The notes under the pieces: generated by a model | The model's input: only the letters and a program-made list of their open reading frames with translations | Database searches by the model: none | Told to the model about the DNA's origin: nothing | Position numbers and translations under genes: made by a program | Shown here: in pieces, positions 57,500-64,000 of the stretch | Position numbering within the stretch: position 1 is the first letter of the stretch | How the letters are laid out: every line of letters starts with the position of its first letter | From: Candidatus Dormiibacterota bacterium | Lineage (GTDB): Bacteria > Chloroflexota > Dormibacteria > Aeolococcales > Aeolococcaceae | Direction of reading: 5' to 3' | Length of the DNA stretch: 64,000 nucleotides | Assembly: GCA_963754015.1 (NCBI GenBank) | Contig: CAVWEG010000007.1 | Coordinates: 443,988 to 507,987, forward strand

Positions 57500-58129
57500 A
57501 TGACTGTTCTGCTGATCATCCTGATCGTCGTCGTTCTGATCCTCCTGTACGTCGCGTACCGGTTCAACCGGCTCATCCGGCTGCGGACGCGAACCCAGGA
57601 GGCGTGGTCGGATATCGACGTCGAGCTGAAGCGGCGCTATGACCTCATCCCGAACCTCGTCAATACCGTGCAGGGCTACGCCGCGCACGAGCGCGGCGTC
57701 TTCGAGGCGGTGACCGCAGCGCGGACGAACGCCCTCGCCGCGTCGAAGTCCGGCGACCCGTCGCAAATGGCCGGCGCCGAGGACGCGTTGACGGGCTCGA
57801 CCCGGCAACTGCTCGCCGTGGCGGAGAACTATCCGCAGCTCAAGGCGTCGGAGCTCTTCCTGAATCTGCAGGAGCAGTTGACGACAACAGAGGACAAGGT
57901 GGAGTTCTCGCGGCGCTTCTACAACGGCAACGTCCGCGATTTCAACACCGCATTGCAGACGTTCCCGACCAACATCTACGGGCGGATCATGCACTTCCAG
58001 CCGTTCGCGTTCTTCCAGGTGGCGGATGCCGAACGCGCCGCGCCGACAGTGTCGTTCACGCCGTCCGCACCGTCAGTGCCGCCGGCTGCAGCCGCACCAC
58101 CACCGCCTGCCGCAGCGCCGCCCGTCTGA
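57500..58129 (+). CDS. lemA: LemA family protein
   Basis: It has an N-terminal TM helix and LemA blocks (WSDIDVELKRRYDLIPNLV, AENYPQLKAS, RRFYNGNVRDFN), plus a Pro/Ala-rich tail. Confidence 0.9.
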   Translation: MTVLLIILIVVVLILLYVAYRFNRLIRLRTRTQEAWSDIDVELKRRYDLIPNLVNTVQGYAAHERGVFEAVTAARTNALAASKSGDPSQMAGAEDALTGSTRQLLAVAENYPQLKASELFLNLQEQLTTTEDKVEFSRRFYNGNVRDFNTALQTFPTNIYGRIMHFQPFAFFQVADAERAAPTVSFTPSAPSVPPAAAAPPPPAAAPPV

Positions 58130-58174
58130 CGCGCGCTGTATGCGACGCGTCGTGTTGCGTGTGCTCGTGAGGCC

Positions 58175-58909
58175 ATGAAGGGCTATCAACCGATGGACAG
58201 CTTCGATGAAGCTGCCGCACGCATCTACGATCAGACGGACGTTCGCGGCGACGAGCAGGCGACCGTTGCGCTGCTTGCGGAACTTGCCCAGGGCGGTCCC
58301 GCGCTCGAGCTCGCGATCGGCACCGGACGCATCGCGTTACCGCTTGCGGCGCAGGGCATCCGCGTTGACGGGATCGACATGTCCGAGGCGATGGTCAGGC
58401 AGCTGCGCGCCAAACCTGGCGGCGAGCACGTGTCGATCACGATGGGGGACTTCGCCGACGTCGCGGTCGCTGGCACATACACGCTGATCTATCTGGTGTT
58501 CAACACGCTGTTCAACCTGCTCGAGCAGGACGACCAGGTGCGGTGTTTCGTCAACGCGGCGAAGCACCTCACAGACGACGGCGTCTTCGTTGTGGAGGCG
58601 ATGGTGCCCGCGTACCTCTACCGCCTTCGCGACGATCAATACGTCGACGCCGAGGAGCTTGAGGTCGGCCGCGTGACGTTCGATGTCGGCCGCCATGACC
58701 CTGTGGCCCAACGACTCGACGAGAGCCATGTTGTGCTGTCACCCGACGGCGTGCAGCTCTTCCCGATCGTGTGTCGCTACGCGTGGCCAAGCGAGCTCGA
58801 CCTGATGGCGAGGATCGCGGGGCTGCGTCTGCGCGATCGATGGGCGGGGTGGGAGCGCGAGCGCTTCACCGCCGCCAGCAGGAACTGCATCTCCGTGTAT
58901 GGGCGCTGA
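58175..58909 (+). CDS. Class I SAM-dependent methyltransferase
   Basis: 244 aa. Motif I is ALELAIGTGRIALPLA, with an acidic residue after beta-2 (VDGIDMSE). Confidence 0.85.
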   Translation: MKGYQPMDSFDEAAARIYDQTDVRGDEQATVALLAELAQGGPALELAIGTGRIALPLAAQGIRVDGIDMSEAMVRQLRAKPGGEHVSITMGDFADVAVAGTYTLIYLVFNTLFNLLEQDDQVRCFVNAAKHLTDDGVFVVEAMVPAYLYRLRDDQYVDAEELEVGRVTFDVGRHDPVAQRLDESHVVLSPDGVQLFPIVCRYAWPSELDLMARIAGLRLRDRWAGWERERFTAASRNCISVYGR

Positions 58910-58924
58910 GCAGCGCGCGATTTC

Positions 58925-59851
58925 CTAGAGCGGCGGTGGCGAGCCCATCAGATCGGTGATCTCGTTCTGGAACGGCATCGTCTGCAACAAGGTCGGGAAG
59001 GTGGTTCTGCCTCGCGTCACCTGGACGAGATAGCACGCCCACCAGTCGGAGAAGACCGTCGGCGTGCCGGCGACTGTCACCTCGATCTGTATGCGGTACC
59101 CGTCGTCGGCCGCGCAATGGCGAGTGCTGCCGTCATCCGGTAGCAGGGCGTTGAGGTCCCTGATCACCGCTGCGGCATCTGCTGAGTCGAGGTGCCTCGT
59201 GCGCAGTGTCGTCGCGGCAGATGTCCCGAAATGGTTGATGGCGATCAGGGTCACTGCGGTGCCGGATGGAACGAACTCGTCCGGCGGTTTCGGCGGCAGC
59301 CAGATGACCTCAGCGTCGGCGCGCAGACCGGTTTCGGATGCGCTCATCGCCACCAGCTCCAGCTCAACCTCGGCCCCATCGTAGGCGGTGGTCGACGGTG
59401 CCGAGAATCCGAGGAAACGGTTGACCGGAACACCGGGTCCTCCTGCCTGTCCACCCGAGTCTGCTTGCAGCCCGCCGGGCGGGTGAGTCTGCAACCAGAT
59501 CACCGCGTCGTTGAACGACATCTTGATCCGCCACCACGACGTCAACGTGAGCAGATTCGGCGATCCCTCGGTCAGCGGCGCCTCGGCCAGATACGCCACC
59601 GGCGGACTCGTCACCCGCGTCGAACCAAGTGGCACGCGAACGCCGGCGAGCAGCGTCGCCAGCTCGGCCTTGGCCCGGGGATGCGCCGATGCTGCCGTCG
59701 TCGCCGCGGTTGCGGATGGGCGGCCCGTACCTGACCCGGGGACCACCGCGACGCCGCATGCCGCCGCGGCGAGCGCCGTGACCGTAAGGACGAGACCGGG
59801 CACCAGCCGGACCCGGGTTCCGCGTGATCGGTCGTTTCCCTTACCCAACAA
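58925..59851 (-). CDS. Hypothetical lipoprotein
   Basis: This is the C-terminal about 308 aa of ORF 58925..60559. TTG 59851/59848 gives LGKGNDRSRGTRVRLVPGLVLTVTALAAAACG, a basic n-region plus lipobox. The upstream part of the track ORF is antisense to the next gene. Confidence 0.6.
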   Translation of the reverse strand: MLGKGNDRSRGTRVRLVPGLVLTVTALAAAACGVAVVPGSGTGRPSATAATTAASAHPRAKAELATLLAGVRVPLGSTRVTSPPVAYLAEAPLTEGSPNLLTLTSWWRIKMSFNDAVIWLQTHPPGGLQADSGGQAGGPGVPVNRFLGFSAPSTTAYDGAEVELELVAMSASETGLRADAEVIWLPPKPPDEFVPSGTAVTLIAINHFGTSAATTLRTRHLDSADAAAVIRDLNALLPDDGSTRHCAADDGYRIQIEVTVAGTPTVFSDWWACYLVQVTRGRTTFPTLLQTMPFQNEITDLMGSPPPL

Positions 59852-60032
59852 GACAAACACGCATGCCGATCGTACGTCTGCTGACGGCGGAGGGTTCCCA
59901 TACCGGCGGATCTGACCGGCGCGGGTCACGGCATCCGACGTGCGCCAGGCTGGTCCGTCCGGCACAACGAGCCTGCAACGATCGTGCAGCACACCGAAAA
60001 GCCGTGGCTGCTCGCCCGTAGCGTCGCTTCCG

Positions 60033-62346
60033 ATGGCCGACGAGACGAAGGGCTCCGACCAACCCGAGACGAATTCTGAGCAGAGTTCCGGCTGGGGTGT
60101 TCGCGCACCCCGCGACACCGCGAACCACGACTGGGACCGCCCGCCGGTCCCGCTACCCCCGCCGCTGCCGGCGCCGACGCAGGCACCGCCCCCGCTGCCC
60201 GACGGCCAGCCGCTTCCACCAGCGCCCCCACCACCGTCGATGACCCCCCGGCCGGCAGCGACGGCCGCGCCGGCAACGCTGCGCAAGCAGCGGAATCCGC
60301 TTGTCGTCGTGGGCGCAGGCGTCATCGTCGTCGCGGTCATCGCGGCGGGAGCGCTCTTCGTCACGAGCAAAGGTCCCGAGACGGTTGTGCCGCTGAGCAC
60401 ACCGGTGCCCTCGACGGTGGCGGTCGTCCACGCCGGCCCCGCAGAGCTCGAGCTGCAGTCGCTCACCGGGGGCGGTTCCACGCGAACGCTGAAGCTGCCC
60501 GGCGCGCCGGACCAGATCGTCGAGTCGCCCGACCGCACCAAGGCGTTCCTGCTCGACACCGACCACGGCGACGTTGTTCCCGTGAACCTCGTCAGTGGTC
60601 ATGTGGGAGCGCCGATCCCGGCCGGCAAGTTGCCGGTGAGCGCGCGGTTCTCGGTGGACGGCTCCACGCTCTACGTCACCGACAACCTCGGCGGGGCGGT
60701 GATCCCCATCAACACGTCGACCGATCGCGTGTCTCCGGCGGAGGCGCTGAGCCAGGGTGTCAGCCTCTACGTGCCGTCACCGACAACATCGGGCGCGGTC
60801 GTCGTCGTCGACACGTCAAACGGTCAGCCGGGTGTCCTGTATTTCTACGACCCCGCAAGCGGCAAGGGCTCGCAGGTGGTTGTGGGATCGAATCCGGCGC
60901 AATCGGCCTTCTACAGCAAGGACGGAAGCACCGTCTGGGTCGTCGAGCAGGGAAGCAACGGCGAACCCGGCGTTCTCATTCCGCTCGATGTTGCGACGCA
61001 GAAGCCGGGGACGCCGATCAAGCTCGGCGTGGCGCCGACCTCGTATGCGCTGACCCCGAACGGTCAGACCGCGGCGTTCGCGAACCTGAACGACCACACC
61101 GTCTCAATCGTCAATCTGGTCACGCGCGCCGTCGTCGCGACCGTTCCCGTCGGTGCGACGCCGACAGACCTTGACATCGACACCACCGGGACCACCGCGT
61201 GGGTTGTCAGCGCGCTTGCGCATACCCTCGTTCCCATCGATCTCGTCACCGGCAAGGCGGGTGCCCCGGTGTCGCTGCGCAATGCGCCCGGGGATGTGGC
61301 GTTGCCGTCGGCGCCCGGTGTCGCGTGGGTCCTCTTCCCGAGCTCGAACGGCAGCGTCTCGTTCCTCGGCGGCACTGTCGGTCCTCTCGGACGGCAGATC
61401 CCGGTCGGGAACGCCCCGGACGTGTTGGTCGGCACCGGTTCCGAGTTCGAGTTGGGTCGCCAACTCGCTGAACGACACGGTGCAGCGGCTCAACATCGCC
61501 GGTCAGACGGCAGGACCCGCCATCGCTGTCGCGCGGGCGCCGAACGCACTCAAGCTCACTCCCGACGGCGGCTCGCTGCTCGTCCTCAGCTACGGCGACG
61601 GTCTGCACGCGGGGATGCTCACCGAGATCAACACTTCCACGTCCAAGCCGGGCGCTGCGCTCAGCGTTGGGCCGGCTCCAGGTGCGCTGACGGTGTCGTC
61701 GTCCGGCGCCCTCGCCTATGTCGCGAGCTATGTCGCGCGGACGATCACCGTCATCGACGTCGTCAACTGGCGTATCGCCGACCATCTCGCGCTGCCATGC
61801 GGACCGACCGACCTGGCGGTGACACCCGACGGGAGTCAGCTGTTCGTCGCGTGCGGCGACTCGTCCGCGGTCCTCGCGGTCAAGTTGCCGGACAACACGT
61901 TGAAGGCCATCATCCCCGTGGCCGGCATCCGTGGGCTCGTCATGCCGCAGCAGGGAACGAACCTCCTGGTCGTCTGCGACAACGCGCTCGAGAACGTCAG
62001 CATGCTCACCGACAAGGTCACCAAGACTCAGGATGAGACCGGCAACCTCGTCGACGTCGTCGAAACCACCGACGCCAGCACCATTCTCGCCATTGACAAC
62101 TCCGGCGCCGCCCTGCTCTGGATCGATCCGGCGACGCTCACCACGGCTAAATCAATTGCGGTGGGCACGCGTCCCGGCGAGGTCGCGCTGTCGCCAGATG
62201 ACACTCGCGCGTATGTTCTCGACACGAGCTTGCAGAAGCTGTTCGTCGTCAACGTCTCGCTGTGGAAGATGAGCGCGACGCTGAGCACCTCCCCGGATGC
62301 GACCGACGTCGCGGTTCCCTCCCCGGTCTACGTCCCACCGTCCTGA
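60033..62346 (+). pseudogene. Membrane-anchored YVTN-type beta-propeller repeat protein, reading frame broken once
   Basis: ATG 60033 (MADETKG) is followed by a Pro-rich tail, a TM helix and propeller repeats in the frame of ORF 59940..62036, up to about 61455. The repeats then continue (WVANSLNDTVQRLNIAG...) in ORF 61153..62346. After the break, the first frame becomes Arg-rich junk. Confidence 0.7.
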
Positions 62347-62348
62347 GC

Positions 62349-63464
62349 GTGACCACGCCGGGCGTCGCGCCGCCGCCACTGCCGCCACCACCGTGGCTTG
62401 CGCCGCCGCCGGCACCACCACCGATGCCGGCGAATCGGCATCGAACGTCTGCGATCGCGCTGCTGACCGCGGCGGCGTTGATGCTGCTCGCGGCCATCGG
62501 ATGGGTGCTCGTGAGCGGAACACGACACAGCGCTCCGCCGGCGTCGACAGCAGCTCCCACCACTGGTGACGCCGGCATCGTCAACATCAACGGCGACATC
62601 CCGCAGGGAACGATCGCCGGCACAGGCATGGTGCTGACGTCCGGAGGGATCGTACTCACCAACAACCACGTCGTCGCGAATACCACGTCGCTGACGGCGC
62701 AACTCGCGGGCCGCGGTCCCATCTACAAGGCGATCGTGATCGGCGTCGATCCCACGCAGGACGTCGCTGTGATCCAACTCGAGGGCGCATCCGGCCTGCC
62801 GACAACGGCGTTCGATCTCTCAGGATCGCTGGCGGTCGGTGATCAGGTGACCGGCATGGGCAATGCGCTGGGACACAACGGACCGCCCGTGGTCGCCAAG
62901 GGAACGGTGACATCGCTCGACGAGACGATCCAGGTGCAGGACGAGGAGGCCACCATCGTCGAGACGCTCGACGGCGTCATCTGCTTCAACGCGCCGATTC
63001 AACCCGGCAACTCCGGCGGGCCGCTGCTCAATGCGCAGGATCGCGTCATCGGCATGGACACGGCCGGGTCGTTGAGCAATGCGGCGGGAGCTTCCGCGTC
63101 CTGGGGATGCGCCATCCCCATCACACGAGCGATGACCATCGCTCAGGAGATCCGCGCCGGGACTGCGTCACCGTATTTCGAATCGGGCCATCGCGGCGTG
63201 CTCGGCGTTGAGGTGACCAGCAGCGGCGGTGGCAACGGAGCGGTCGTCGTGAGCACCACGCCCGCCGACGCTGCAGCTGCAGCCGGCATCGTTGCGGGCG
63301 ATGTCATCACCGACGTCGCCGGGCTCGCCGTTCCGTCGGTCGCCGATTTCAATCAGGTCATGCAGGACCGGCGTCCGGGCGACAGCGTCGCGGTGGCCTG
63401 GCTCGACACAGGGGGCGCAACGCACTCCGCGAACGTCACCCTCAGCGCGGGGCCGCCCGCGTAG
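62349..63464 (+). CDS. Membrane-anchored S1C (HtrA-like) serine protease with PDZ domain
   Basis: In-frame GTG in ORF 62262..63464. It has a Pro-rich N-terminus, a TM helix, the catalytic contexts TNNHVV, DVAVIQL and GNSGGPL, and a C-terminal PDZ-like region. Confidence 0.85.
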   Translation: MTTPGVAPPPLPPPPWLAPPPAPPPMPANRHRTSAIALLTAAALMLLAAIGWVLVSGTRHSAPPASTAAPTTGDAGIVNINGDIPQGTIAGTGMVLTSGGIVLTNNHVVANTTSLTAQLAGRGPIYKAIVIGVDPTQDVAVIQLEGASGLPTTAFDLSGSLAVGDQVTGMGNALGHNGPPVVAKGTVTSLDETIQVQDEEATIVETLDGVICFNAPIQPGNSGGPLLNAQDRVIGMDTAGSLSNAAGASASWGCAIPITRAMTIAQEIRAGTASPYFESGHRGVLGVEVTSSGGGNGAVVVSTTPADAAAAAGIVAGDVITDVAGLAVPSVADFNQVMQDRRPGDSVAVAWLDTGGATHSANVTLSAGPPA

Positions 63465-63469
63465 GGGTT

Positions 63470-64000
63470 CTAGGTCTCCCTGACCTGCAGCATCGCCTGC
63501 AGCGCGGCGATACGCTGCTCGATCGGGGGATGCGTGTCGAAGAGGTGGTGCGTGAATCCACCGTGGTGCTGCAACGGGTCGTCGATGCACATCGCCGCGG
63601 TTGCGTGGTTCATCTTCGCGAAGGGCTTGTCGTTCTGCTGCAGCTTCTGCAGCGCGTGCAGCAGGCCCGCCGGGTTGCGGGTGAGCTCGACGCTGCTCGC
63701 GTCGGCGAGCGACTCGCGCGAGCGCGAGAGTGCGAACTGCATCAGCGGCCCGATGATCACGGCAACCACCGAGAGCAACGCGGCGGCTGCGATGAGAACG
63801 ATGATCAGGTAGCCACCGTCGCGGTTGTTGCCGCCGCGGGTGAAGAACAGCGAGCGCCACAAGAGGCTTGCGACCAGGCCGATCAGGGCGATCGACGTCG
63901 CGACGATCAGCACGAGACGGACGTCGTAGTTGCGGATGTGGCTCATCTCGTGCCCGATGACACCTTCGAGTTCCTCGCGATTCATGATCGCGAGCAGTCC
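63470..64000 (-). CDS. htpX: Zinc metalloprotease HtpX (M48); N-terminus lies beyond the window
   Basis: Track ORF 63470..63985 carries HEMSH and a C-terminal M48 region. The frame stays open to the window end, so the gene is 5-prime truncated here. Confidence 0.9.
   Translation of the reverse strand, partial: GLLAIMNREELEGVIGHEMSHIRNYDVRLVLIVATSIALIGLVASLLWRSLFFTRGGNNRDGGYLIIVLIAAAALLSVVAVIIGPLMQFALSRSRESLADASSVELTRNPAGLLHALQKLQQNDKPFAKMNHATAAMCIDDPLQHHGGFTHHLFDTHPPIEQRIAALQAMLQVRET

Noticed and set aside
59852-60559. Upstream 236 codons of the 544-aa minus ORF 58925..60559
   Set aside because: This Gly/Ser/Ala/Pro-rich stretch is antisense to the Pro-rich head of the propeller gene. The lipoprotein signal peptide and lipobox define a start near 59851.
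60120-62440. Short-period nucleotide repeats in the Pro-rich segments (60120-60260, 62349-62440; also the Ser/Ala/Pro tail at 51780-51860 and the LemA tail at 58060-58129), considered as tandem-repeat or CRISPR-like arrays
   Set aside because: These are irregular codon-level low complexity (ccg/ccc/gcc) inside ORFs. They have no constant repeat unit and no spacer periodicity. I saw no CRISPR array anywhere in the window.

Overview
High-GC (roughly two-thirds G+C by eye) chromosomal window, about 90 % coding, with about 65 supportable protein genes, one tRNA and one riboswitch. I cannot name the lineage. Split accA/accD and a b6-type split cytochrome b argue against Actinomycetota despite the GC content. 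Left to right: (i) the 5-prime two-thirds of a TraG/VirD4-type type IV secretion coupling protein, cut by the window edge and absent from the ORF track; (ii) housekeeping and accessory genes: CPBP protease, holB, GH1 beta-glucosidase, MFS transporters, TPP riboswitch plus thiC; (iii) a nitrogen block: GS-like enzyme, PucR regulator, secreted NHL-type propeller, ferredoxin, glnA; (iv) GT2, dxs, VOC proteins, a flavoprotein disulfide reductase; (v) bcp, an ArsA-like ATPase pair, a membrane-anchored SbcC/SbcD-like (YhaN/YhaO-type) pair, a GGDEF protein; (vi) MarR plus DHA2 efflux, accA-accD-fabH; (vii) a 10.5-kb same-strand respiratory block: Rieske, cytochrome b6-like, subunit IV-like, tri-haem cytochrome c, CoxB, CoxA, CtaA, CtaB, CtaG and a cupredoxin lipoprotein, interspersed with several sub-60-aa membrane ORFs the track does not list; (viii) birA, tRNA-Arg(CCG), a permease, an SCO1664-family protein, UDG, LemA, a methyltransferase, and an envelope cluster (lipoprotein, YVTN beta-propeller, S1C/PDZ protease, HtpX, the last cut by the right edge). 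Points worth a second look: three genes carry six reading-frame breaks. All six shift phase the same way, five sit at short G/C runs, and four fall in one 800-bp gene. A 119-nt rod-like inverted-repeat element lies between convergent genes. The tiny membrane ORFs sit inside the respiratory block. The truncated T4CP may mark a conjugative-island edge. I saw no CRISPR array, rRNA, transposase or integrase. All family calls come from reading motifs by eye; no database search was run.
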